Origin: Prorocentrum cordatum
Taxonomy: Eukaryota
Assembly: GCA_963575745.1 (NCBI GenBank)
Contig: CAUYUJ010000003.1
Coordinates: 1,178,001 to 1,242,000, forward strand
Length of the DNA: 64,000 nucleotides
Reading direction: 5' to 3'
This document shows, one piece after another, positions 1-13,097 of this stretch. Every line of letters begins with the position of its first letter. The first letter of the stretch is position 1. A model generated the notes under the pieces. That model worked only from the letters and a program-made list of their open reading frames with translations, was not told the origin of the DNA and did no database searches. Both the position numbers and the translations under genes were made by a program.

Positions 1-1309
1 AGCCAGCTGCCTCTTGCTCGCCGAGGCCCCGGCTGCGTCAGCCACGAGGCGGTCCTCATGGGGCTCCGCTGGTCCCCTGCGGGACTTCGCCAAGTCCGCG
101 GCGGGCGGGCACCGGGAACGAGGATCTGGACGCCCAAGATGGGCACTGTCAAAGCTGATGATAAGGATTCGTGATAAGGATGCAAGGGCCTGGGAAGGCC
201 ATGTCGAGGCACTCCGAGCAGGGCTGGCCATCGAAGGTGGTTGAGGATGGGCCGAAGGTGGCCGAAGAGGCAAGGATGCACGGGTACCCTTGGGAAGTCG
301 AGCATCCTTACTATCAGTGTTGACTGTACGGGAAAGATGGGCACGATGCACAACAAGAAATGCCGGTGGCAACTCATGGGAGCCTCACATGCCATCTTAC
401 TGGCTCTTGCGAATCGACGCTGGTCGACGCCAGTCGACGCTAATCGACGCTAAGCCAACGCTATCTCCTCGACTACCAGACGCTAGCCGACGCGAATGCA
501 CTCTAAAGACGAAATTACGAGGGTAATTATGAAAGGCTCCCATGATTCTCGACCCAAGTGTAGCAAGGAGAAGGTTGGCGAATCAGCTGCTTGGGGTTGG
601 CAAAATTCTGACCTCCTCAAGTCATGTTTTTTCATGACGCTCGTGCTGAATAGTTTGTATGTAGCTCTCGAGGTCGCCGCGCAATCTATCACCACGTGGT
701 CAACCGCGTGGCGACATTCCGAGCGGTGACCTCGGAATCCCGAGGGACCTCACCGCACGGTCCTCACAGCACGGCTTCGGGACGGGACCATGGAAGCCCC
801 AGTCGCCCGAGACGGTGACCCCGAATCCCCACTGACTCTCCCGCGGAGTGGTTACCACGTCGTTCGGGGGCCCCCGAGGATCAGCTGCGCGCGGCTGGTT
901 TCCCCCCCCGTGCGTCGGGAACCATCGGAACGCGGCAATTTCAACATCCGCCTTAAGCGGGTACAGAAAAAATGCGCACGAGGTCCAATAACAAATGTTG
1001 CCCCAAAGCTGACAGCGGCCGCTGTTGGGCAGGCGGCCTTCTCTCTAGAGGGACGACGCCCGCGGCGACACCGACAGCGAGTCAGATTCAAAATGAACCC
1101 GAAATTCTGTCGCTCCTGGTGCCCATGTTTTCCGTACAGTCTGACCGAGGCCGCAAGAACATCCTTCAAGAACATGAAATCCTCCGCCGGCCAAAATGAT
1201 GAGCGCTGGAAGGTACCCTTCCCCAGAAGGCACAAAAACATGCAAGACACGAAGAACAGTAGGGCACCCTCCTCGAACCGACCTCGATATTGTACCTCGG
1301 TCCGACTGT

Positions 1310-1343
<34 letters not shown>

Positions 1344-2799
1344 AACGCACGCAGTGTACCACGCCGCAGCCCCACGGCGCCTGGCGCCGCAGAGCCCGAG
1401 ACTGATGCAGCAAGCCGCCCACTCTCCACTCGCGGGGCTTCCCCTCTCAGGGAGCAGCCGCTGGGGCGGCGTGCCCACCTCGACCGTCCCGATTCTCGCC
1501 CGACCCGAGAGCAGGGGCGGGGCCGCCGTTCCGTGGCCAGGTGCTGCGGCCGGGCGGGGCACGACGAGCGAGGAGACAATCGGCGCGCGGCGCGGCAGCG
1601 TGCCGCCACGCCGTGTTTCACGTCCGCCCGCTCTCGCCCCCGAGGGTGCACAAGAGGTGCTGTCGATCGGAGGAAGAACGGGAAGAAGGGGCAGGGAGTA
1701 ATTTTGAGGAAGGGGAGGACGGGGCGTGAACACAAACTTCACCTGATTTGGCCTCGACCGCTGTGCGAATCAATAGGTCACCAAGCAAACTGGGAACACC
1801 ACGAGAGCCGACCTGCGATATGCAAACTCGTGCAGTTCACCGTGGTCTGAAAGAGGAACGAGCGTGAAGGGTGGCCTTTGGCAGGGCGGGCGCGGCGGCC
1901 GAAAACCGAGGCTCGCCACGGCCGAACTTCACACCCATTCAACAGGGCGCAACGTGTAACATGGATAATAACTGGGAACCGACACGGGACCGAAAACAAA
2001 CATCGCAAGACGACGGCGCGCGTCACCAAAGAAGCGCGAGGCCCGAACGCCGCGACACCGAAAGTGCACGACCGTGGCGGCGATGATTATCAACGACGCG
2101 ATTACTAGTAAAGGAGACACAAAAAAACGGAGAAGGGAAAGGGAAAGAGGGAGGGAATGGAAGAGACCTGGCGCGCAACGCACCGCAGCTGGAAGACACA
2201 ATCCGCCGGCGCCACACCAGTGTCGTAGGCGCGCAGGATCAGTCGGCGCGAGGTCCGACGCGAAGGCAAAGCATGCGCCAATGACAAAACAAACAACGTG
2301 CAAAGGGCTATCCCTGGGCGGCGAACTGGCCCAAGCGCCGCGGCCCCGCAGCCGCGGAGTGGACGCATCGGGCGGGCTCCGCGCGCCAGGGGGGTCGCCC
2401 ACACTGCGCGCGAGTCAGCGCATGAGAAGAAAAACGCGAAAACAACCGTACGAAGGGCAACCCTGGAAGGCGAGCTGGCCCATGCGTCGCCGCCGCGCAG
2501 CCGCGGAGTCGAGGAGCAGGAAGGGCCCGCTCGCCAGGGGGGCAACTGTTTGCTCAATTCAAAGATTCCGCGCAATCTGAAAATATATCGCAAAGCTAAT
2601 TACCATCCCGTCCGACACTGTACGGCACCTGGCTGTTGCAGGGATGCCAAGGCGCCACTCACCAATAGCGCGGCGCCCTGGAACTGAACCTGGGGCGGTT
2701 CTAAAAGCGGCCAGCAGGCCTCTCCTGCGAGGCAAGAAACTCAGGGTCCGCAGCCGCCAGTCTGGTCGAGGCACGACTGGTCCTGGTGATACGTCCCAC

Positions 2800-3380
2800 T
2801 GAAGCACAACTTTTCCACACCTGTGAATGCTGTAGGCCGCACACGCGAAGAATGCAGTGGTGTCCTGCCGAAGAAGACGGCTTGCTGACACAGTTGCTCG
2901 AGCCCTGGGTGTCGCAGCTGGGCTCAGGGCCGTAGTCGCACAGGTACCCGCTCGAGCCACAGCGCTGCGTGCACGCACAGCTGCCGTGGTTGTCGCATTT
3001 GCACCCCGTGCTTTCGGCGCACAGTCGTCCTGCTTGCCGCAACAGCCGGTCTGCGTCAGGTTAGCGCCAGAGCCGAAGCGACCGAGACCCAAGGTTGGTC
3101 CGTCGACACAATTGCACGAGCCGTGGGCGTCGCAACTACACTCCTGGCTGTAGTCGTAAAGGCACCCGCTCGGGCTACAGCGCTGCGTCCGCACACAGCT
3201 GTCGTGGCCGTTGCACTTGCACCCCGTGCCTTCGTCGCACATCGGCCTGCTGGCCACAGCGCTCGGGTGGCTCGACTCAGTTGCACGACCCGTGGGCGTC
3301 GCAGCTGCACTCCTCGCCGTAGTCGCAAAGGTACCCGCTCGGGCTACAGCGCTGCGTGCACACGCAGTTGCCGTGGCCGG
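2800..3380 (-). pseudogene. Disrupted Cys-rich tandem-repeat protein sequence (about 3 units)
   Basis: Units like CKCDNHGSCACTQRCGSSGYLCDYG.E.SCD.HGSCNCV recur near 2934, 3151 and 3319, in different frames and with a TGA at 3277-3279. Confidence 0.6.
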
Positions 3381-3534
3381 CAGGGTGGGTGGGAGGGAAT
3401 AGTGATTGGGTGAGGAGGGGAGGATGAGGATAAGGATGAGGAGGAGAAGGAGGAGGAGGAGGAGGAGGAGGAGGGGTAGGAATAGGAAGAGAGGGGCACG
3501 AAGAAGACCATTGCCTTTCCCGCTCCCCCGAGGC

Positions 3535-3735
3535 CTTTGTGACCAGAGTCACCTGGTGCGGGTCCTCTACGTCGGACGCGGGGATGAAGCGCCCGACAGG
3601 CTTCCACGTCGCGCGGCACTTGTTCAACGTCCACGACAGCCCGTGTTTCATGCTCTCGAAACCGTCGGAGAGGCCCGTCATGTCAAGGACCACCACGTAA
3701 CCACCGACGTACTCCATCGCCTGCTCCTTCGGCAC
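3535..3735 (-). CDS. FAH-family domain exon; remaining C-terminal exons not found in the window
   Basis: VPKEQAMEYVGGYVVVLDMT...WTLNKCRATWKPVGRFIPASDVEDPHQVTLVTK closely follows the FAHD1 pattern (AMDYVGGY, LDMT, WTLAK, DPH). AAG|GC donor at 3534. Confidence 0.88.
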
Positions 3736-3981
3736 CTTGGCGACACAGCGGAAACACCTCCTGTCCCCTCTTGCCCTGCCGTCTCCCATCCCCTCCTCCT
3801 CATCTTCCTCCTCCCGTCCCCCCATCCTCCCCTTGCCCTCGCCTCGCCTCCCTCCATCTCCTCCTCCCCTCCTTGCCCCGGCTGCCCAGACATGCCGCGC
3901 GCACCCTTCCCTCTGATCCTCTCGCACCGCCTCCCATCGGCCAGGAGGGGGGGGCTGGGGCAAGCTCTCGTTCCGCCCAGC

Positions 3982-4194
3982 CTTGTGGCAGGCCCGGGAG
4001 ATGACCACCCCGAGCTCCACCTCCCAGGCCATCGTGACGCCTGCCGGCACCTCTACGTTGCCCCCGCTTGGGGTGCACGAGCTCATGGGGCAGATGAACC
4101 ACTCGGGGTGGGCGTAGTCCTCGGCCTTCTTTTGGACGAGCGTCTTGTCCGCCGGGAGCTGCTGGCCCTTGTGGTTACAGATCGTCCCCAGCAC
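3982..4194 (-). CDS. FAH-family (FAHD1/acylpyruvase-like) domain exon
   Basis: VLGTICNHKG...PEWFICPMSS...MAWEVELGVVISRACHK contains the ExEL metal-ligand motif. AAG acceptor and AAG|GC donor. Confidence 0.88.
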
Positions 4195-4412
4195 CTTCGG
4201 GGGGGGGGGCACCGATGACGCGACACACAACTATAATTTCGACGGAACTCTAGCGCATCGGGGGCCGTGATTTCAAGCACCTTTCAACCCCGAGAGAAAG
4301 GCGGGAAACAGCGCTGCAGCTGCAGGGCAAAATTTTGAAGCGCCTTGGGCGGGATCGACTTCTGGTCGAGAGTTGGCCTGGCATCCCGAGCCCGATCCCG
4401 ACCCCCCATCCT

Positions 4413-4458
4413 CACATACACACACATACACACATACACACATACACACACAAACACA

Positions 4459-4493
<35 letters not shown>

Positions 4494-4645
4494 GCGCGCA
4501 CACACACATACACATACACATAAACACACGCACACGAACACGCACACGCACACGCGCACGCACACGCACGCGCACACGCACGCACACAAGCACACAAGCA
4601 CACAAACACACACACGCGCACACGCACACACAATCACACACGCAC
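4413..4645. repeat. (CA)n/(CACG)n microsatellite
   Basis: Directly visible. Confidence 0.95.
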
Positions 4646-4924
4646 TATCACGCAGAATAAAATGCTAACACCATGTGGTTCGTGGGATACGCGCGTCCGA
4701 ACCGAGCACACAGCACAAACCTCTTAAAACTCACCGTCACCCAAACGGTATGGCCAGAAAACGCAGGCCACCGAGCTCGGAATTTCCGATTCCCGAGCGC
4801 GTCGCCCCTGCGGGGCTGACGTTCCCGAGGCTACAGCGCCCCCCCCACAGGGCCAGAAGCAGGAGCCCCGGAAGACGAAACCTGAGGGGCATATGTTTTC
4901 CATCCTCTCGGGCTGGACGATCGA

Positions 4925-5194
4925 CTCTTCCTCCTCCCACACTTCCTCCTCTTCTTCCTCCTCTTCCTCCTCCTCCTCCTCCTACTCCTCTTCCTCCCCC
5001 TCTTCCTCCTCTTCTTCCTCCTCCTCCTGCTCCTACTCCTCCTCCTCCTCTCCTGCCTCCTCCCTCCAACCTCCTCCCATCCTCCTCCGCCCTCCCTCTT
5101 CCGTCCTCCGTCCTCCCTCCTCCTTCCTCCCTCCTCCTTCCTCCTCCTCCTCCTCCTGCTGTCCCTCCTCCTCCTGTGCCTGCTCCTCCTCCTA

Positions 5195-5226
<32 letters not shown>

Positions 5227-5232
5227 CCTCCT
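4925..5232. repeat. (CCT)n low-complexity tract; similar tracts at 13880-14200, 38570-39260, 39475-39670, 48780-49360, 53960-54290, 55435-55595, 56130-56320
   Basis: Directly visible; source of the poly-P/S/L/E/G/R ORFs in the track. Confidence 0.95.
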
Positions 5233-5738
5233 TTTTTATCTGAACCTGGCGGGCGTATCGGGCAACGAGAGACAAACCTAACAGACACAACATAATGCCG
5301 TAGAGTATGCGCCCGTCAGGCAGTAAGACAGCAGCTGAGGCTTGTGTTACCGCAGTGTCCCTCCCAATGCTGTTTGAGAACCCCCCCCCACGCCCCCCCC
5401 TTTAGACATGTATCCAGGCAAGCCGTATCAAAAAAAAACAACGCGTGCAATGAGAATGAAGGGGGGAAACCGGCGGCTCGAGGAATAGGTGCAGCAACAA
5501 AGCGAGAGAGCGCAGGGAGTGGCACAGTCTGTGTTGGTTTACCATGTGGCGTAGCAAACTATATAGCAATTCTTGGGCTGCTACCCGTCCTTTTCGGTTC
5601 CCCGGGGGGGGAGGCTTCACCGTTCCAATTCACCATTGTGGCCACCATTGTGGCAACCATTGTGGCCCTTGCTCCCCTTTTGGAAGTAAAGACCTGCAAC
5701 TGTGCCGCGCGGTGATTGGATCTCGCCTGTAAATGCTA

Positions 5739-5739
<1 letters not shown>

Positions 5740-5786
<47 letters not shown>

Positions 5787-5866
5787 GTGAGAAAGAGAGA
5801 GAGAGAGAGCTAAAGAGAGAGAGAGAGAGGAAGGATGAAGAGAGAGAGAGAGAGAGAGCGAGAGAG
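5740..5866. repeat. (GA)n microsatellite
   Basis: Directly visible. Confidence 0.95.
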
Positions 5867-8521
5867 GCTGTTCGTTCTGAAAGTAAAGAATATAGCTTAT
5901 GTCTGAGGCTGGCGCTGTAAAGACTCGCCTGAATATTTGGCAGATTGGTCATCCACCTCCAATGCCATCCCCATGGCCCGCAACCATCATCTCCCCAATA
6001 CATGGGAACGCGGGAAAAGGACAAGAGCAAGCACTGAGCAGGCGCCTGAACAAACTGGCTGGGTATGGCGTCGCGTGGGACAGTATGAGGGCAGACCGCG
6101 TGTAGCATCACGCGCGGCTCGTCGGCGAACGGCAACGACGGGCGCGAGGGGGGGGAACAAAGGAGGTACCACAAAGAAAAAGGAAAGACGGAGAAACAAC
6201 ATCGGGATGAGGTGCACTGATGCAGCGCTGGCATGTTGGATGTGCTGGCATGGCTTGGCACTGAACGCCCTTGTAAGCTGGCCTGGCGGCGCTGGCTGGT
6301 CTTGGCAGTGCGAAGTAAAAGCATCAGCCTAGGTTTGGCTGCACTGGTCTTATCCGATATATCTATATATACACACACACACACCTCTGACATGTGACCT
6401 GGGGGGCCGCGCCTCGTGTCCAGGGGGGCCTGAAAGAAAGACTGCAGGCGACTGAAAAATAAAAAAGTGCAAGCCTGCGTCGAGGGGGCCGGCAGTGGCG
6501 GCGGCTGCGAGCGCGGTGATATGACTCCTCCCAAAAAGATGTGAACTCCATGCCCGTGGTATCTCCAACCAGGAGACAGGACAGCAAGCTGACGACAAGA
6601 GCGTTGAAGGGCATAACCAGTGCAAACTGTGGGGCCACACCCTATAAGAGGGCATGGAATTCACTGTGTGAACTGCGAGGTTTGCGTAGAGACTGCGTAA
6701 GAGCCTTGTCACGCTGCTAGGCCGGCTCTGCCTTGCCGTGAGCAGTGCGCGCATGAGGCTGGCGCGCGCAAGAGTGCCCAGTAAACATGCGTCAGAGACA
6801 GCGCAGCAAGCTGGTGATATATATATATATATATATGTAACATAGGCGAGAGAAACCCCTCCACCTCCACAGCCAAAATACGACCTTGCCCACCAACCTC
6901 CACCATCGTGGGCAGTAAAGTCTTGGCTGGTCTGTAGCGCGCGCGGTATATCTGGCGGCACACGCGAAGTAGGATGCGAAAGTCAATGCAAAAATACGCG
7001 TGACAACGTTGACGCACGATGGCGCAAAGACAATCAGTCCGGCGACTGCGCGAACTGAACTTTGGAAGATGCCGGTGGCAGTATATTGATGTGCTGGCAG
7101 TCGTCCCCCCTCCCATCCAAATAGCCCCAAGCCAACCCATCCCGCCTTACTATCATCACGGCGGGTCTGGCAGTGTGTGGTGATTACGAGCTGGAGGACG
7201 TGTAAGAATGCGGTTAATGTTAAAAGAGTTTGCGTAGTCGGTAATCAACCCCGACTGGCACGCCAAAGTGGCCGCTAGTGCAAACACTATTCGCACTGCG
7301 AATTGGGAGAGTAGTTACAAACAGGACGTAAGGTGACGAAAGAAAAAACATAGGGCGTAAATTCAAGAACGGGTGCCTGTGACAGCGTGGGGCCGTCCGG
7401 AAGAGAACCCGCGCCGTAGTCCTTCGCTAGTCTGGGCATGGGCGTGAGAGAGTAGGGATGGTAGGCCTTGCGTGATCTGGTTCGGCCCCTCAGCAGGCAG
7501 AAGCGACGGGGGAGAAGAGGGGGGGGGCAAAGGAGGTGTCGCGCCGAAAGAGGCGACCGTCGAAGTCCCGTGCGTCCGCGAGCGGACGCACTGGACCTCG
7601 GCCTTCACCAGCCACCAGCGAGGCGCGGCCCCTAGGGGGAAGGAGGACATGCCAGCGGCAGGCAAAAGGAGAAGGGCAGGCGAGAGAAGTGTGAAAGACG
7701 AGACGGCCGAACGGCGGGCGCCAGGACGATAGCAGGAGGAGCCTCGGAAAAAAGGTAGGGAGTGGATGGGGCAGGAAGGAGGAGCCATCAAGAATCCTCG
7801 ATCTGCGGTAACCGATGTTCTGGGAGCCGTAGTGGTGGATGTGGTGAGGCCGTAGACTCTGCTATCCAATGTCGCAATATTGTCGCAACTTTGGCAACCA
7901 CATAAGAAAAGAAATGCAGCGTGGCCATTCTGCCACCCCCAATAGTCGATGCCGTCCGCTTGCGCGGTTGGGAACATTGGTTTCGGTGTTGGTGGCGCTG
8001 TGTGCTTAGGTACTGGGGACTAGGGCTTATGGTAGGTGTTTCCATAACGGTGGATATCCTTGGCGTTGTCGCAGTTCTGCTTGACGTATGTTACGCTGCC
8101 GTACTTCTGTCAGGTATTGCTGGTATTGCTGCTGGTGGTTGCGTATCGTCTCCTTGTAGTCCAAGAGCCTCTGGTCGTTACCGTCGTGGACGTAGTGCTT
8201 TTCTACATGGTCTGTGAATGCAAGAATTGGGGTGGAGCCCTTATGTCCGTCTTGGAACTGTTTCGGAGGCGCTATTGGCTGGAAGTGGGTATGTGTTGTT
8301 GCAAACGTTTGTGGTGCTAACTCTGATGTGGGCATGTCACTTAGCCAGCGTTAAGTCCGTGCAGCCCTGGGCGGTGGGCAGACGATGGGGATTCTGAGGC
8401 TTGGTGGAGGTGGGTGGATCGGGTTTCTGATCCCATATGTGGCGCTGAGCTGCTGGGCGGCAGTTGGGTTAGTCGCTGGTGGATGCTGGTATGGCGCGAA
8501 GGCCTCTGCTTGTTGTCTGTA

Positions 8522-11500
8522 TGAGAGAGCGCGCCCACAGCGCCGACGCAAAGGGGGGGGTCCCCCCTTAGCTACCCCCCTCCCTTCCACCTCCCCTGCT
8601 AGACGCCCCCTCCCCCCCCCTCCCCCCATTTTCGCCTCCGCCCTGAAGCTACCCCCCTCCCCCCCTTTCGCCACTCCGAAGCTGCCCCCCCCTTCCCCCC
8701 TTTCCAAAGACAGGGGGGAGCTTAGCTACCCCCCTCCTCCCCTTGACCCCCCTTTGTCGGAAGTTACCCCCCCCCTCCCCCCTTTGGTTCCAGGGGGGGG
8801 GAGCTTAGCACCCCCCCCTCCCCCTTTCGGCGCCTGGGAAGCTACCCCCCCCCTCCCCCCTTTACGCAAAGGGAGGGGAGGTATTAGCTACCCCCCGTCT
8901 CCCCTTGACCCCCGTCTGCCGGAAGCTACCCCCCCCCCCTTGGTTCCAAAGGGGAGGGGGAGCTTAGAAGCCCCCCCCCCGTTTCGGCACCTGGGAAGCT
9001 CCCCCCCCCCCCCCCCTTACGCAAAGGGAGGGGAGGTATTAGCTACCCACCCTCTCCCCTTGACCCCCCAGCCGGAAGCTACCCCCCCCTTTGGTTCCAG
9101 AGGGGGGGGGGAGCTTAGCAGTTCCCCCGCCCCCCCCCTGTCGGCACCCGGGAAACTACCCCCACCACCCCTTACGCAAAGGTGGGGAGGAGCTTAGCCC
9201 CCCCCCTTCTGTTGACCCCCCTTTGCCGAAGCTCCCCCCCCCTTACTTCCAAAGGGAATGGCGGACTTAGCAACCCCCCCCGCTCCCTTTCGGCACCGGG
9301 GAAGCGCCACCCCTCCCCCACCTTACGAAATGGGAAAGCGGAACATAGCAACATCCCTCCCTCCCTTGACCTCCCTTTGGCGGAAGCCCCCCCCCTCCTC
9401 AATGTTTTCCTCTTCCCCTGCAGGAAACTACCCCCCCCCGTTCCAAAGGAGGAAAGGCGGCTTAGCTACCACCCCCTCCATTGAACTCCCCCTGCCAGGC
9501 GATCCTCCCCCGTCGTCGCCGTCGTCGTTGCCGTCGCCGTCGCTCGACGTCTTCGTACGACGCCGTCGTCGTCCTCGTCGTCGTTGTCGCCGCCGTCGCC
9601 GTCATTGTCGCCGTTTTCGTATGACATCGTCGTGGTCGTCACGACGAAGGCAAGGTCATGCGAAGACGGCGGCGGACGACGGACGACGCGCGACCGACGA
9701 CCGACGACGACGACCACCCAGGGTCAGAGAAAACGAGACCACGACCCAGGGGCTGAGAAAACGAGGAAACCAAACAAGGTCCCAGGGGCAGAGAAAACGA
9801 GAAAATGAGACAACGAACCAGGTTACAAAAGAACCAGGGTCCGAGAAAACGAGACCACGACCCAGGGGCAGAGAAAACGCGAAAACGAACCACCGTCCGA
9901 TAAAACACGACCACGACCCAAGGGCCGACAAAACGAGACAACGAGAAAACAAACCAATGCCCGAGAAAACGGAGCCACGACCCAGGGGCCGAGAAAACGA
10001 GACAACGAGAAAACGAACCAGAGCCCGAGAAAGCGAGAACACGACCCAAGGGCCGAGAAAACGAGAGAACGAGAAAAACAACCAGGGCCAGAGAAAACGA
10101 AACAAAAACCCAGAAGCCGAGAAAACGAGACAATGAACCAGGGTCCGGGAAAACGAGAGAACGACCCAAGGGCCGAGACAACGAGAAAACGAGAAAACCA
10201 ACCAGCGCCCCAGAAAACGAGACCACGACTCAGGCCGAGAAAACGCCAATCTCGCCCCCAGAAAACGAGACCACGACCCAGGGGCAGAGAAAGCGAGAAA
10301 ACGATAAAAGGAATCAAGGCCCGAGAAAACGAGACTACGAACCAGGAGCCGGTAAAACTAGAAAACGAGAAAACAAACCAGCGCCCGAGAAAACTGAACC
10401 ACAGCCCAGGGGCAGAGAAAAAAAGAAAACCAGAAAACTAACCAAGGTCCGGGAAAACTGGACCACGACCGTGGGGCCGAGAAAACACGAAACGAGAACA
10501 CGAACCAGGGTCAGAGAAAACGAGACGACGACCCAGGGGCAGAGGAAACGAGAAAACGAGAAAACTAACCAGGGTCAGAGAAAACGAGACGACGACCCAG
10601 GGGCAGAGAAAACGAGAAAGCGAGAAAACTAACCAGGGTCAGAGAAAACGAGACCGCGACCCAAGGCAGAGAAAACGAGAAATCGAGAAAACGGACCATG
10701 GCCCGAGAAAACCAAATCACGGCCCAGGGACAGAGAGAACGAGAAAACGAACCAAAGCCCGAGCACACGAAACCACGACCCAGGAGCCGAGAAAACGAGA
10801 AAACGAGAAAACGAAACGGGGTCCGAGAAAACGAGACCACGACCCAGGGGCAGAGAAAACGCGAAAACGATGAAACAAACCAGGGTCCGACAAAACTGGG
10901 CCACGACAATGGGGCCGAGAAACCAAGAAAGCGAGAAAACTAACCAGGGTCCGAGAAAACAAAACCACGACCCAGGATACTATAAAACAAAAAAAAGAAC
11001 GAATCAGGGTCAGGTAAAACAAGACCACGACCCAGGGGCCGAAAAAACGAGAAAACAAGACAAGGAACCAGGGGCCGAGGAAACGAAACCAAAACCCAGG
11101 GGCAGAGAAAACGAGATAACGAACCGGGGCCCGAAAAACCGAGACCACGACCCGGGGGCCGAGTCAACGATAAAACAAAAAACCAAACAATGCCTGAGAA
11201 AACGAGACCACAATCCAGAGGCCGGGAAACGGAGAACACGAGAAACCGAACCAGGTTCCGAGAAAACAAAACCACGACCCAGGGGCCGAGAACACAAACA
11301 ACTAACCAGGGTCAGAGAAAACGAGACCACGACCCAGGGGCCGAGAAAATGAAAAAACGAGACAACTAACAAGGGACCGAGGAAAAATGGCACCACGACC
11401 CAGGGGCCGAGAAAACAAGAAAACGAGATCACGAACCAGGGCCCGAAAAAGCAACACAAGCCGAGAAAACTAGAAAACGAAAAACGAACAGGGGCCCGAG

Positions 11501-13097
11501 AAACCGAGACCACGACCCAGGGGCCGAGAAAACGAGACAACGAGACAACCAACCAGCGCCCGAGAAAACGAGACCACGACCCAGGGGCAGAGAAAACGAG
11601 AAAGCGAACCAGGGTCCGAGAAAACACGACCACGACCCAGGGGCCGAGAAAACGAGAAAACGATAAAAAGGAGTCAGGGCCCGAGAAAGCGAGACTACGA
11701 ACCAGGGGCCGAGAAAACAAGAAAACGAAAAAACTAACCAGGGTCAGAGAAAACGAGACCACGGCCCAGGGGCCGAAAAAACGATAAATTGAGAAAACGA
11801 ACCAGGCCCCGAGAAAACGAGACCACGACCCAGGGGCCGAGGAAATCAGAAAACGCGAAAACGACCCACGACCAGGGGCCGAGAAAACGAGAAAACGAAC
11901 CAGGGTCCGAGGAAACCACGACCCAAGGGCCGAGACCACCAGAAAACGAATGGCTCGAGAAAACAAGACCACGACCCAGGAGCCGAGAAAACGAGGACAA
12001 CGAGAAAACGAAGCAGGGTCAGAGAACACGAGACCACCACCCAGAGGCCGAGACAACGAGGAAACGAGAATACTAACCAGCGTCCGAGTATACAAAACCA
12101 CGACCCAGGGGCAGAAAAAAAAAACAAAAACCAGAAAACGACCCGAGAAAACGAGAAAACGAAAACACGAAACAGGTTCAGAGTAAACGAGACCGCGACC
12201 CAGAAGCCGAAAACACGAGAAAATAAGAAAACGAACCAGGGACCGAGAAAACAAGAAAACGATAAAAGGAATCAAGAGCCGAGAGAACGAGACTACGAAC
12301 CAGGGGCCGAGAAAACAGTAAAACAAGAAAACGAACCAGGGGCCGACGTTATTCTCCAATGCGTTCTCTAGCGCTGCGGTGCGCACCTGTCGTCAGGGAT
12401 TCCGCCATTTTGCCAGAGCCCCAGAAGAGAAGGGGGGGGTGGGGGGCGTAGCTTCGGAAGCCCCCCCCAAAGGAGGGGGGAGGGGAATAGCTTGAAGCCG
12501 CCCCCCACTGTGCCCAGACCAAAACAGGAAGGAGGGGGGGGGGTAGCTTCAAAAGCCCCCCCACCTTTGAAAGGAAAGCCCGGGCTCACCTTCTGCTCCG
12601 GAAAAGGGAGGGAGGGGGGGGAGCTTCGAAGCCCGGGCTCACCTTCTGCTCCGGAAAAGGGAGGGAGGGGGGGGCCAGCTTCGAAGCCCCCCCCCCTTAG
12701 CCAGGGCCCCCCTAGCTTAGAAACCCTTACAGAAGGGAGGGGTGGGGTAGCTTCGGAAGCTCCCCCCCCCTTTTGGAAGGGAAGGGGGGGAGGTAGCTTG
12801 AAGCCGTGGTCTCCCTGTGTCCAAACCAAAAGAAGGGAGGAGGGGGGTAACTTCCGACCCCCCCCCCCTTGAAAGGGAAGCCCGGGCTAACCTTCTGCTC
12901 CGGAAACGGAAGGGGGGGTGGGGGTAGCTTCGAAGCACCCCCACCCTTTTGCCTGGGCCCCCCTAGCTTAGAAACCCTTGCAGAAGGGAAGGGGGGTAGC
13001 TTCGGACCCCCCCCTCCCTTTTGGAAGGGAGGGGGGGGGTAGCTTGAAGCTGGGGCCCTCCTTTTCGTATTCCCGGCGCTGCGGGCGCGCTCTTTCG
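8522..13097. mobile_element. Non-autonomous foldback/TIR element with TA target-site duplication and internal satellites
   Basis: Terminal inverted repeats TGAGAGAGCGCGCCCACAGCGCCG (8522-8545) and CGGCGCTGCGGGCGCGCTCTTTCG (13074-13097) match at 21/24, with TA on both flanks. Subterminal GAAGCTACCCCC arrays are in inverted orientation. Confidence 0.75.
9718..12345 (+). repeat. Tandem satellite, about 60-65 bp degenerate unit (CCAGGGTCAGAGAAAACGAGACCACGACCCAGGGGCCGAGAAAACGAGAAAACG...)
   Basis: Dozens of visible iterations, extremely T-poor on the + strand. Confidence 0.95.

Noticed and set aside
790..2110. ORFs near 852-1742 and the peptide LNGCEVR as the next FAH exon
   Set aside because: No downstream FAH motifs (MIF, GDVILTGTP) and no recognisable protein; partly a CAG microsatellite
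9639..12386. Long ORFs (up to 458 aa) in the satellite
   Set aside because: Open only because the repeat unit rarely forms stop codons; translations are repetitive in several frames
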